A stretch of 64,000 nt of DNA from contig NC_042998.1 in NCBI RefSeq assembly GCF_006345805.1, positions 186,992,001-187,056,000 of the forward strand, read 5' to 3'. The DNA comes from Octopus sinensis. Taxonomy: Eukaryota. The notes under the pieces are model-generated. The model ran no database searches. It worked only from the letters and a program-made list of their open reading frames with translations, and had not been told where the DNA came from. A program made the position numbers and the translations under genes. This document shows positions 37,271 to 49,880 of this stretch, one piece after another. Each line of letters starts with the position of its first letter. Within the stretch, counting starts at the first letter, position 1.

Positions 37271-38362
37271 GAAGAAATGAAACTCGTCAATAAGACATTT
37301 TAACAGAAAATGATGGATTTGTATAGTGATTAACTGAACGCTATTAATATTGTTTGAAAAACGTTACATGATATAACGTCAGAGGTAGCCTATAGAAATT
37401 AAATCTAATCTCCCATTGCAGTTTCGTGAAGCTATTATTAGGAATTTTCCAAAGAATTCTATGTATTACTCTATTATCAACTCACATACAGTTAAGATTG
37501 GTTTTTCCAACACAAAAAATCTCTTACAAATTATCTCTTCACATAATAACAACCTGTTAAATGTTAATACATTTACTAATACTAACATTAATTTAGCTAA
37601 TACCATCCATCCCTCTAGAAATATTAATAACAATGTTATTGTATCTGAAGTCAATTCCAACAGAATCAAGTTTATGTCAAGTAACTCTAAACTTAAAAAT
37701 TCTATATACCAGTGTAAAATTATTACTCATAATAAAGTACAATTTTACATTGGAAGCACGTCTTTACAGTTATCTAAAAGAATTTCTAACCATTACTCGA
37801 TATTTAGGGATAGGAATAAACGTAACAGTACAGGGCTCAGTAAATTAATTTGTGATCTAAAAGATCACAATAAACAGTTTAATTTAGAATGGTTAGTTAG
37901 TTAGTTAGTTGAGTCTCTCAATCTCGATACCTTATGACAAAGGCAAAGAATTATGTCTTCTTGGTAATTCTGAACTATTTTTCATTATTTTTTCTAAAAA
38001 TCCCCTAGCAAACACGGTTATAGAGCGTGCATACCGATGTAAACATTGGCAAAAACACACCTTTAGTTCATATAAGTAATCTCTATCATTATGTATAATT
38101 TAAACATTAATTTTCTTTTTATATTTCACATTCACTAAAAATATATATTTTCCTAGTTTATAAGGCTTTATTTAATATACATATAGTCATATATTTCTCA
38201 TTTATTTAACTTTTCTTTAATTTATCTCTCCTCTTTCTATCGGCTACTTCTGACGTTATATTATACAACGTTTTTTCAAACAATATTAATAGCGTTCAGT
38301 TAATCACTATACATATTCATCATTTTCTGTTAAAATGTCTTATTGACGAGTTTCATTTCTTC

Positions 38363-38450
38363 ACTTCCCTGAAGAGAAGGTTACATTGTTTTACACTATT
38401 TTATCCTTTGGAATAATATCAGTGATATCTTCGAAACATGTGTCGGAAGT
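38363..38450 (+). ncRNA. Type I hammerhead ribozyme motif with expanded stem II
   Basis: acttcc(38363-68) CTGAAGA(38369-75) gaag...cttc GAAA(38433-36) c-atgt-GTC; predicted cut after 38444; ggaagt closes a perfect 6-bp stem I. Confidence 0.75.
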
Positions 38451-38531
38451 AAAGGTATTTGAATTACACCTGCGTTAAACTCCATTTATTTATTATATAG
38501 ATATATAAGTATATATATATATATATATATA

Positions 38532-38587
<56 letters not shown>

Positions 38588-38629
38588 TATATATACACAT
38601 CATATATATATATGTACATATATATATCA

Positions 38630-40150
38630 CCGCCCTTGCCAGAGCACTTTCGTGGACCGTGCGTCTGCTCTCTTCCCCCGAACCCGCCCTGAAGTCTCCC
38701 GCCTCCCTTTTCCCCTCACCTACCACCCTACCTCTCCAACGCACCATTCTCCGAGCTTTCCGGCGTCTCCAGTCCGACCCGTCCACTTCACACATCTTCC
38801 CTAACCGACTCCTCCCCTCCTTCAAACGAGCCCACAACTTACGAGACCTCTTGGTCAACAGCTTCTTCCCCAATCCAACCTCTCAACCTGGCTCGTTCCA
38901 CTGCTCCCGCCCACGCTGCCGCACTTGTCGTTACCTCTCCAACACCACCCTTCTCACCGGCATGCATCATCGACCCTATCACATCACCGACTCCTTCACC
39001 GGCACTTCTACCAATATCATCTATTGCATCTCATGCTCTCTCTGCAATTCTCTGTACACCAGACAAACAGGACGCCGCTTGGCTAACCGGTTTGTGGAAC
39101 ACCTCCGAGACATCCGCCTCGTCAATGACAGCCTGGTCTCACGCCATTTCCGCTCTACCGATCTTTCTTTGCAACACCTGTCCGTGTTCACATTGTTCTT
39201 GCACAGAAGCCATCCGAACTCCTGTATGTGCCGTGAACAGGGATTAATCTTCTCTCTTCGCTCCTTTGTCCCACATGGGCTCAACTCTCCTCCCCTCTTC
39301 ATCTAACCTCCTCCCTTGCCTCTCTCCCCCTCCCTCCTACTTCCTCCCACCCACCTCTCCTCTCTTGTTCCAACTCCTACTTCTCTTCACTCCTACTTCT
39401 CTTCACTCCTACTTCTCTTCACTCCTACTTCTCTTCACTCCTACTTCTCTTCACTCCTACTTCTCTTCACTCCTACTTCTCTTCACTCCTACTTCTCTTC
39501 ACTCCTACTTCTCTTCACCCCTACGCTCTTTCTCTCTTCTCTCTTACTTTCTTTCTCTCTTCTCTCATACCCACCTTCCCTCTTCACCTTCCCCCATAAG
39601 CCCACCCCACCCCTACACATTCCTACTCCACCTTCCCTATCCTTCCCATCCCATCCCTTACACCCTCTCCCACAAACCCCACCCGTGCCTCCCCACCTCC
39701 CAACAACATTACACCACACTACACCATACCACACAACACATCACATCACAGTACACCACCACCCACACACTAGCACTGACCAATTCCCACCCCCACATTT
39801 TCACACCTACACATACACACACGCACACGTCAAGATTACCAGCCCTCTTTCACACGCACATACGTACTCTCTTACACACACGCGCACCTTCGTTTTGGGA
39901 TCACTACTACTTTGTTATCTCCCCTACCTCTTCGCTCTTCTGTGTAACCCTTCTGTCCGGCATTCGCCATGATAGATCGGTAGCCACTACACACATTTTT
40001 TTCCTCTCTTTGTTTCTCTCTGTGTTCCTTTATGTGGAAGAGCGTAGGCTTGAAATGTTAAAGACTTTTTCAATTCCCGAGCGTTATACGAATACATCTG
40101 TTTGTTTTCTACACCACCTATCATCGTCTTTTGTTTTCTTTCGTGAATTC
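38630..40150 (+). mobile_element. Second Penelope-like element (RT-linker + GIY-YIG, low-complexity 3' region, pLTR relic)
   Basis: ORF 38659-39306 ...CSRPRCRTC...STNIIYCISCSLCNSLYTRQTGRRLANRFVEHLRDIR; hammerhead-like relic at ~40030-40064. Confidence 0.85.
39370..39520. repeat. 16-bp minisatellite (ctcctacttctcttca)n, about 9 copies
   Basis: Direct reading. Confidence 0.9.
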
Positions 40151-40444
40151 TCTCTCTATATGTATATGTGTGTGTGTGTGTGTGTGTGTACATACATACA
40201 TACACACACACACGCACACGCACCCTCCCCCCCCCACACACATATATATATATATATAATACAAATAAGAAAATGGAGAAAGAATTTAGTTTGTTCATCA
40301 ACTTTTGGATATTAGAATGTTGAATTATTTATTCATTTAACAAAAACGAGACCCTTAATAAAATACATATATACATTATAATTCAATACATATAAGATAA
40401 GAATATAATTATAAAAATTTTAATACAAATTATTATATATATAA

Positions 40445-40841
40445 CTAGCAGCATCGCCCGGCGTTGCTCAGGTTTGTAAGGGAAATAACTATATAAGCAT
40501 TTTTAGAGAGTTATAGCCAAAAAATAGCAAAAAAATGCATTAAAAATGGAAAAAAAATTATGGTAAATTTTTTTTTAAATCGTTGACTCATCGTAGACAT
40601 TTTTAGATAGTTACTTCCCTTATATAATAGCGAAAAAATGCATTAAATGGAAAAATATGATGGTAAATTTTTTTTTAAATCGTAGACTCATCGTAGACGC
40701 GCGCTAATACCCAGAAGGGCTCGATATGAATCACGACTATAAGATATCCGGTTTTGGTTAAACTGCACCGCAAAATGTGGGAGTAGTTAGGAATCTAAAT
40801 CGTAGGAGACAAACACACAACTTCACCTTTATATATAAAGA
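40445..40841 (-). mobile_element. Non-autonomous Helitron
   Basis: A|CTAGcagcatcgcccggcgttgctc is the reverse complement of the 3' terminus; body matches 48307-48942. Confidence 0.85.
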
Positions 40842-41049
40842 TATGAACGTAAAGGTAAGATCCAAGGATTCAGGTATAGGAAGATAGTAAGCTTTGAGCA
40901 ACCTGTAGAAGGTATAAAAAGCAACTTTCAGGGACAATAGTGATTTATTGACGTAGACGGTTGTAAATGTTTCCCAAGCTGAAGAATGTTATTCTATAGT
41001 TCACTGTTAGCAACAGGGGTTGGTGTGTATGCGAATAAACATTCAAAAT

Positions 41050-41360
41050 TTAGGGAATGGAGTAGATAACATCCAGGCTGCATATGTTACCTAGATAGCA
41101 GAACCTCGGGAGTAGTAATTACTGAACAAGAGGTGCCCCGCTAGCTACTCCTCAGGCCGAAGATACCCTTGTCAAATGAAGGTTACATTGTCGTCAAGGG
41201 ATCCCATGTTAACTTGCAGGGGATTTGATAATGTAACCTTCATTTTACTTCGGCCTGATGAGTAGCTGGTGGAGTACCCCTTGTTGAGTAATTACAACTT
41301 CCGAGGTTCTGCTATCTACGGAACATATGTAACCTGAATTTTACCTGCTCCATTCTCTAA

Positions 41361-41365
<5 letters not shown>
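41050..41365. mobile_element. Imperfect fold-back MITE (~315 bp)
   Basis: tagatagcagaacctcgggagtagtaattact...agctactcctcaggccgaag / cttcggcctgatgagtagct...agtaattacaacttccgaggttctgctatcta. Confidence 0.8.
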
Positions 41366-41391
<26 letters not shown>

Positions 41392-41424
41392 TGTATGTAT
41401 GTATGTATATACATATATATGTAT

Positions 41425-41600
41425 AGGCGCAGGAGTGGCTATGTGGTAAGTAGCTTGCTTACCAACCACATGGTTCCGGGTTCAGTCCCACTGCGTGACA
41501 CTTTGGACAAGTGTCTTCTACTATAGCCTCGGCCCGACCAAAGCCTTGTGATTGGATTTGGTAGACGGAAACTGAAAGAAGCCCGTCGTATATATGTATA

Positions 41601-41659
<59 letters not shown>

Positions 41660-41750
41660 TGTGTTCCCCCAACATCGCTTGACAACCGATGCTGATGTGT
41701 TTAAGTCCATGTAGCTAGCGGTTCGGCAAAAGAAACCGATAGAATAAGTA
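41425..41750 (+). mobile_element. SINE family B (3'-truncated)
   Basis: Head, (TG)n spacer, ends at gatagaataagtac. Confidence 0.9.
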
Positions 41751-41913
41751 CAATATATATATACACTACACTTTGAGCTTAACCAAAAATTGATATGTAA
41801 TGGTAAGATCCAAGGATCAAGGTGTAGGAAGTTAGAAAGTTTCAAGCAATCCGTAGAAGATATTAAAAAAAACAAGTTTCAGGAACAATTCGATCGAAAC
41901 CCCCTGCTAATTA

Positions 41914-41964
<51 letters not shown>

Positions 41965-42429
41965 GTGTGTGTGAGTGTGCGTATACTCTATCTGTTGCAG
42001 TCATTGGACTGCAGCCACACTGGGGAACCACCTTGAAGTGTTTAGTTGAAGTAATCGACCCAAGTACTTACTGTTTTAAAATCTGGTACTTATTCTATCG
42101 ATGTCTTCGGATGAACCACTAAGTTACCGGAAATTAAAGAAATTGATACATATACAGGATAGTTGACATGCTGATGACCCCATTAAAGCAGAAATATATG
42201 TTCAAAATTGTCCTCTTATCTCTAGATATTAAGCCTGTCCTTTTCTTTAATGGCAAGTCAGTTTCGGAAAATTCTTGATTCTTGAGATTATATCCCTTTC
42301 TCATATGGAGCTGTTCTTAGTAGCCATTTGATAATTGCTACACATCCTCTAGAGGCGGAGATGATTTTAAGAAATCATTAATTTACGTTGTTTGGTATTT
42401 CATATGCCAGCATCTGTCTATGTAATATA

Positions 42430-42639
42430 TACTCTTTTCTCTCTTTTACTCTTTTACTTGTTTCAGTCATTTGACTGCGGCCATGCTGGAGCACCGCCTT
42501 TAGTCGAGCAAATCGACCCCGGGACTTATTCTTTGTAAGCCCAGTACTTATTCTATCGGTCTCTTTTGCCGAACCGCTAAGTGACGGGGACGTAAACACA
42601 CCAGCATCGGTTGTCAAGCAATGCTAAGGGGACAAACAC

Positions 42640-42687
<48 letters not shown>

Positions 42688-42842
42688 CATATATACGACA
42701 GGCTTCTTTCAGTTTCTGTCTACCAAATCCACTCACAAGGTATTGGTCGGCCCGTGGCTATAGCAGAAGACACTTGCCCAAGATGCCACGCAACCATGTG
42801 GTTGGTTAGCAAGCTACTTACCACACAGCCACTCCTGCGCCT
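42430..42842 (-). mobile_element. SINE family B with small internal deletion in head
   Basis: Reverse complement of the family B consensus; the B-box segment is missing near 42790. Confidence 0.9.
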
Positions 42843-42989
42843 ATATGTATACATATGTTATATATATATATGTCTATGTTATATATACACATATATATTA
42901 TATATAAATATATCTATGTTATATATACATATACATCAAGTAAAAAGGGTCAATATAATACTTGAAGAATTTTGTTTACTCAAGAACGC

Positions 42990-44232
42990 AACTACTGCAA
43001 TATTACTATCCGAACAGCGAAAGCTACTTCCGTGCATTGTACAACCCTCGAGCGTTCTTCTTCCCAAACTACAGCCAATCCTTGCCCCCCCCCCCCCCCC
43101 AAAAAAAAAAAATCCACCATCTTTGCAGAATTCCTTTTCTCATCCACTTCACTACAATGATGAATCTGTGGGTAGTATCTTCTCGAAGAATGCTTCCACT
43201 TTAGCCGTCTACTTAAAGCCAACTCTACACAAAACCCTGGGCAATCTCCCCCAAATATTTCCCTTCCTACAGTTCCAGATCCACAAACTTGCATACATAC
43301 ATGCTTGTGTTTAAGTACCTCCGTTACTTCAAACCAACAAAGTCACCGGCCCTGATAATATCTGTTCCATTACCTCAACAGCAGCAACGCTTTCGACCAT
43401 GTTTGGTACGCAAATCTCCTATCGAAACTACAAGCTGCCTATTGGTTCCTTACGTCTCTCATTTCTTGGATCGGTAGCTTCCAGTTGAATCGCACTATTG
43501 CGGTGTGTGTTGACAGTGTTCTTCTCGTTCTTAGCTCAATCAGCTATGATGGTGCCAGGTTTCGTTTTATCTGCTACTTTCCTCATTCCGTACCTCAATA
43601 CATGAACAACATACTTACCTCCGTAATGTCCAACAACGCACACTATTCCGCAAATAATACTACACTCCATTTTTCCCTAACCTTCCCCAACCATTCATCA
43701 TCACACGCAACTTAAATACCCTCTGCCAAACTTGCGTTGATACTATGAAGAAAGATCTCGAAAGTATCCTCATGTGGGGTTATCCAAATCTGGTCTCAAG
43801 AAAACACACGCTATTCGTATCGAGAAAGCCTTATCGCTCTTCGCTCTTCACCTCTACTCACGAGTGGTACGCAATTAGAGCACTGATGATCGCTCCAAAT
43901 GTTGGACCTCGCTATTGTTGAGGATTTGTCCTGACAAAAGCATATTCTAAATATAGCTAGGACCATGTTCCAACGATTGGCCCGTCTCTTCAGAGTCTGA
44001 ATACATTTCAGGTTCCAGCAATTATTGACACTATACAAAGCTGTCGTGAGGTTCATAAGAGACTTTGCTCTCACATCTGGGACAGTGCTGCTGTCGCACA
44101 CGCAGACGGCTTAGACCGTATCAAGAAAAAGGCCATCCGATTCATTGACATAAAATTCCTCACAGACATGCTTTAGCCTCTGACCCACAGGCGTGTTGTC
44201 TCTTCTCTCTGTCTATCTGTCTGTTTAGCTGT

Positions 44233-44285
<53 letters not shown>

Positions 44286-44324
44286 TATATATATATATAA
44301 TATATATATATATATTATATATAT

Positions 44325-44370
<46 letters not shown>

Positions 44371-45060
44371 AGTGGCTGTGTGGTAAGTAGCTTGTTTACC
44401 AACCACATGGTTCCGGGTTCAGTCCCACTACGTGGCACCTCGGGCAAGTGTCTTCTACTATAGCCTCGGGCCGAACAAAGCCTTGTGAGTGGATTTGGTA
44501 GACGGAAACTGAAAGAAGCCCGTCGTATATATGTATATATATATATATATGCGTGTGTGTGTTTGTCCCCCTAGCATTGCTTGACAACCGATGCTGATGT
44601 GTTTATGTCCCCGTTACTTAGCGGTTCGGCAAAAGAGACCGATAGAATAAGTACTGGGCTTACAAAAGAATAAGTCCTGGGGTCGAGTTGCTCGATTAAA
44701 GGCGGTGCTCCAGCATGGCCGCAGTCAAATGACTGAAACAAGTAAAAGAGTAAAGAGTATATATATATATACCTATATCTATCTCTTCTACCACTACTGT
44801 AATGCTCTCTGCTCCTCGATGCTGGCTAGCCCCATGCAAACTCTCCACCACACGTAACCGAATCACTCATCTCTCCTCTTATCATTACCCTTACCCCGCA
44901 CTAACCAATATGCCTACTCCTTCCTTCCAAGAACACCAGTCCTCTGAAACTCCCTCTGTGTTCGAGTCTTTCGCGCAAGGCAAGAGTGCAATTGTTCAAA
45001 GAACGTAAGCAATCTCGGAGGGCTTGCCAAGGTCATGGAGACTGCCCCTTTCACCAGACC
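42990..45060 (+). mobile_element. Degenerate CR1/Jockey-group LINE interrupted by microsatellites and SINE B
   Basis: SNNAHYSANNTTLHFS (decayed YADD region), HIWDSAAVAH...LDRIKKKAIRFI...PLTHRRVVSSLCL, RTNQYAYSFLPRT. Confidence 0.75.
44369..44758 (+). mobile_element. SINE family B
   Basis: Near-consensus copy. Confidence 0.95.
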
Positions 45061-45065
45061 TAACG

Positions 45066-45066
45066 G

Positions 45067-45097
<31 letters not shown>

Positions 45098-45402
45098 CAT
45101 ACATGCATACATTCATACATACATACATACATATATACATACATACATACATACATACATACATACATACATACATACATACATACATACATACATACAT
45201 GCATGCATACATACATACATACATATATACATGCATGCATGCATACATACATACATACATGCATACATTCATACATTCATACATACATACATACATACAT
45301 ACATACATACATACATACATACATACATTTACGAGGAGAAAGGGGGAGAGAGAGAAAAAGAGAGAGCGAGAAGTCGAATTTGAATCATCATTCTGTCGTT
45401 CA

Positions 45403-45435
<33 letters not shown>

Positions 45436-45481
45436 TGAACATACATACATACATACATACATACATACATACATACATACA

Positions 45482-45513
<32 letters not shown>

Positions 45514-45520
45514 CATACAT
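45066..45520. repeat. (TACA)n arrays with (TA)n/(GA)n inserts
   Basis: Direct reading; explains the HTYI/MYVC ORFs. Confidence 0.95.
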
Positions 45521-46108
45521 AGGTGTGATTTTATCGATGACATTATTTCTATATTAATATTTACCGGCTTTTTTACACCACTCGATTAGAATTAAATTTA
45601 CATAACAAGAATCTAATTTGTACCGCAAGAAAAACATCAAAAATACTTTAGAAAGAGAAAGAGAACGAGGAATGCGTAATGTAATTTGAAAGCCAACTAT
45701 CACGACAAATGAAGGAGTTTAGAACAAGAAAGGAAAGGAAAAGAAGAGGGGAAGAGAGAGGGGTATAGAGGAGAGAGGGAGAGAAAGGAGAGAGAGAGGG
45801 GAGGGAGATTGAATAGTAATAATGATACATGGTTCGTTCTACGATGAAGATTCAGTTGTAATTGGATCAACTGAATTACTTGCTCTTGAATTAATATGTG
45901 ACAGAGCATTCCAAAGGTACGTCTACCCTTAACGTAATTCTCACAGAGAACCAGCGTAACAGAGCGACAAAATGTGATTTAATATACGCACGTAGGTATG
46001 TACGTGTGTGTGTGTGTGAATAAGTTGCTATTTCCAGTGACATACCGTAAGTTAACCTTTGCTTAGAACTCCAGGTAAATTCATCTATGTCCAACTTCCA
46101 GTCAGGTA

Positions 46109-46471
46109 TCTCTCTACATATAAACGGCAAAATGTCTGCGTGCGTGTCCTTTATACAAATTCACAATTTTTCAGTTAGAGGGCTCGCACTTTCTATGGCC
46201 ATTCAAAACCGTCCAAGGGTGGTCATGCACATCTTTACATTTCCCCCAGCCACCCCACAAAGCCATTAAAAATCAATAGAAGTGACTTTTTGTAAATTTT
46301 CTATCCAAATCCCAATCAAAATGCCCGAAACTTGATACGCCAATTGAATGCCAGCTAGCTGTATGTGATTGGTCAGAGATTTGGACAGTACTCGCGTATA
46401 TGTGCGCACGCATGCAGCTGTATATGCATGCACTAGCACTATGACCCGGCGTTGCCGGGTCATAGTGCTAG
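46109..46471 (+). mobile_element. Non-autonomous Helitron with a fully palindromic 3' terminus
   Basis: A|TC start; ends actagcactatgacccggc-gtt-gccgggtcatagtgCTAG|T. Confidence 0.7.
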
Positions 46472-47055
46472 TAAGGCATAATTTGTCCTCAAATTTTCGT
46501 TTGGTATTACATACATTTCAATAGATTACAGAATGTATATCCAAAAGCAGTATAAAACTGGAAGTTCAGTTACATGTTTTTGTCTTTTCCATTTATATCA
46601 TCACAAATTACATAGTCTTTACACGTGTTTCACTTACATATATTAGTATACCGTAACAGTTGCGTAATCACTTTATAACGCCAGACCAGTGAGCTTGATG
46701 TCGTTAATGTTCCATTTAGACAGTTACACGTGGTTAACACCTACTGAAATGGCATGAGCAAGAAAAATATTCCAAAAGGGTCGATGCTTCTGTGAAGGAA
46801 GGACCGGGGATATTGGTTTCTGCGGCACCGGAACACAACAAATGGAACCAAAAGAATGGAAAGACGTGTCGGTCGGGGATGTATGGGAGACAGAATTACG
46901 AGACCAGCCATATCTGAGAAATAGAAACCATTATCGTAGCGACAGAAAAGACAGAGAGGACACAACACGCTTGTGGGACAGATGTTGGAGAGTGTGTATG
47001 TATATATTACATATCTAGATGTGATATATACATACAAGAGTGTTATTATAGTAGA

Positions 47056-47112
<57 letters not shown>

Positions 47113-47499
47113 TATTATAAAAGGCAGATTTTATCTGCCTCCCTTTGGGAGTTATAGAAATCTACAATATAGGATTTCTTCAATTACAATTTACCTAGCA
47201 TTTTTAAGAGTACAATGCATCGCGTCATGCCAGGTCCAGTTTTTAAAATTTAAACTCCAATTAAGCAAAATTTACAGAAAACTCACATTCTGGTGTGTGT
47301 GTCAAATGCTTTTCTTAGTCTGGTTTACACCACACTCAAACGCACACACACAGTGGGCAACGAATAAAATGAAAGTAAATAGCGACAGAGTGATTTGAGG
47401 AAGACTAAAGTGAAAGTATTCTGTCTATGACGCTGATAGATACATGAGTAAAATGTATGGGAAGCTAAGAGCTAAGAGTGAGTGAAAATGTTCTTGGAA

Positions 47500-47570
47500 G
47501 AGAGTAATTAGTAATAAAGTAAACATACACTCATACATACATACATACATACATACATACATACATACAT

Positions 47571-47601
<31 letters not shown>

Positions 47602-47870
47602 TACACACACACATACATACACACACACATACATACATACACACATATATACATGCATACATATACATACATACATACATATACATACATACATACACAC
47701 ACACACATACACACACACACAGTATTGGAGCTTGAGAACAATCAGATACATTTGCAACACATCTGTTGAAAATATTATTGTTCACACACATACATATACA
47801 TATATACATACAGACAGACAGACAGATAGACACACACACACACACACCACACACACACACACACACACAT
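47500..47870. repeat. Mixed (TACA)n/(CA)n microsatellite field
   Basis: Direct reading. Confidence 0.95.
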
Positions 47871-47899
47871 GATCCAGCATGGCCACAACCTCAAGGCTG

Positions 47900-48290
47900 A
47901 AACATATAAAAGAATAACAGAATATAAATGTGTGCAAAGTACAAGAAATATTAATGCAGTATATGGGGATTGGACAATAAGCGTAAGGCAGTGTCAATGG
48001 TGGTTCCAGAAATCCCGAGCCATAAACTACAGCCTAGAAGACGAGCCTCATCCTGAAAGATCTGTAGAACTCGACAAGGACATCCTGAAAACCCTGGTGG
48101 AACAAAATATCATCGTAACTGTTGAGGAACTAGCAGAGAAGCTTGGATTTGGTCATTCAACCATTCATTGACACCTGTGTGCTATCGGAAAAGTCAGCAA
48201 ATTGGGTCAATGGGTTCCTCACGAACTTTCCGAGTCTAATTGCATGCAGAGAGTGAATGTATGCTTTTCTTTGCTGTCATATCTCACCAC
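47900..48290 (+). pseudogene. Mariner transposase N-terminal fragment
   Basis: RNINAVYGD...CQWWFQKSRA.NYSLEDEP...TVEELAEKLGFGHSTIH* then LGQWVPHEL; in-frame stop; truncated by a Helitron. Confidence 0.9.
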
Positions 48291-48306
48291 TACTGCGCTA
48301 TGTATA

Positions 48307-48942
48307 TCTATATATATAAAACTGTAGTTGTGTGAGTGTCTGTCCCCTTCGATTTAGATTCCTAACTACTCCCACATTTTGCGGTACAGTTTAACCAAAT
48401 TCGGGTAGCTTATAGTCGTGATTCATATCGAGCCCGTCTGAATATTAGCGCGCGTCTACGATGAGTCTACGATTTTAAAAATAATTTAACATAATTTTTT
48501 ATTTCATTTTAATGCATAATTTTTCGTGTGTCGATGGCGGCGGAGTTGGCGTCCACGCTCACACCTGCACCTGTGGGGAAGGGAGTGTAAGGAAATCAAC
48601 GTCGTAATGCGTTGTCAAGGAGACCAGTGTTCTTTTAGAACAACGACTTCATGGCTTGAAGACACCAAAACAAAATGGCTAAGAAAGCGTCTACATGAGT
48701 CTACGATTTAAAAAAAAATTTACCATCGTTTTTTTTCCATTTTTAATGCATTTTTTCGCTATTATATAAGGGAAGTAACTCTCTAAAAATGTCTACGATG
48801 AGTCAACGATTTAAAAAAAAATTTACCATCATATTTTTCCATTTTTAATGCATTTTTTGCTATTTTTTGGCTATAACTCTCTAAAAATGCTTATATAGTT
48901 ATTTCCCTTACAAACCCGAGCAACGCCGGGCGATACTGCTAG
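48307..48942 (+). mobile_element. Non-autonomous Helitron with internal sub-repeats
   Basis: A|TCtatatatataaaactgtagttg...gagcaacgccgggcgatactgCTAG|T; ctacgatgagtc(t/a)acgattt repeated three times. Confidence 0.85.
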
Positions 48943-49003
<61 letters not shown>

Positions 49004-49189
49004 CAAATTTATTAATTTTTCCCTTTAAATATATTTATTCATATTAAGGGCATTACTATACATAAATGCCTCACGCTAGGAGGGACTCTTAAAGTCAAAA
49101 CTACCGTAATAAACACATTGTACCGAACGCGGTACAATTCGAAAAGCCCCCCTCTCACATAGATATATAAGTGTGAACATACGCTTGAC

Positions 49190-49360
49190 AACCGATGATG
49201 GTGTGTTTACGTCCCCGTAACTTAGCGGTTCAGCAAAAGAGTCCAATAGAATAAATACTAGGCTTACAAAGAATAAGACCTGGGGTCGATTTGCTCGACT
49301 AAAGGCGGTGCTCCAGCATGGCCACAGTCACATGACCGAAACAAGTAAGTAAAAAGAGAG
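49190..49360 (+). mobile_element. SINE family B 3' half
   Basis: cgcttgacaaccgatg...gaccgaaacaagtaag. Confidence 0.85.
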
Positions 49361-49499
49361 TACACTTAATGTTTTTCTAAATTTATCGATATTTGAAAAT
49401 CCTTATGGTGGGAGACTGCCCTCTTGCCAACTCTATACGGCCTTACGCTGGAAGTTTGTTTTCTAATATATCGTTAACAGTAATGATATCCTGTTGTGT

Positions 49500-49880
49500 G
49501 GAGGCGCAATGGCCCAGTGGTTAGGGCAGCGGACACGCGGTCGTAGGATCGCGGTTTCGATTCCCAGACCGGGCGTTGTGAGTGTTTATTGAGCGAAAAC
49601 ACCTAAAGCTCCACGAGGCTCCGGCAGGGATGGTGATCCCTGCTGTACTCTTTCACCACAACTTTCTCTCACTCTTACTTCCTGTTTCTGTTGTACCTGT
49701 ATTTCAAAGGGCCGGCCTTGTCACTCTCTGTGTCACGCTGAATATCCCCGAGAACTACGTTAAGGGTATACGTGTCTGTGGAGTGCTCAGTCACTTACAC
49801 GTTAATTTCACGAGCAGGCTGTTCCGTTGATCGGATCAACCGGAACCCTCATCGTCGTAACCGACGGAGTGCTTCCTTCC
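49500..49880 (+). mobile_element. SINE family C with TSD
   Basis: TSD atatcctgttgtgt at 49486-49499 / 49882-49895. Confidence 0.95.

Larger units (their letters stand above)
37139..38495 (+). mobile_element. Penelope-like element: inverted 5' pLTR + GIY-YIG fragment + 3' pLTR
   Basis: ORF 37416-37904 SIYQCKI...FYIGSTSLQLSKRISNH...NSTGLSK; arms 37139-37395 and 38235-38495 are inverted copies. Confidence 0.9.

Noticed and set aside
41140-41270. CTGATGA / CTGAGGA on both arms of the fold-back element
   Set aside because: No GAAA follows a stem II in any hammerhead topology; the recurrence is explained by the palindrome.
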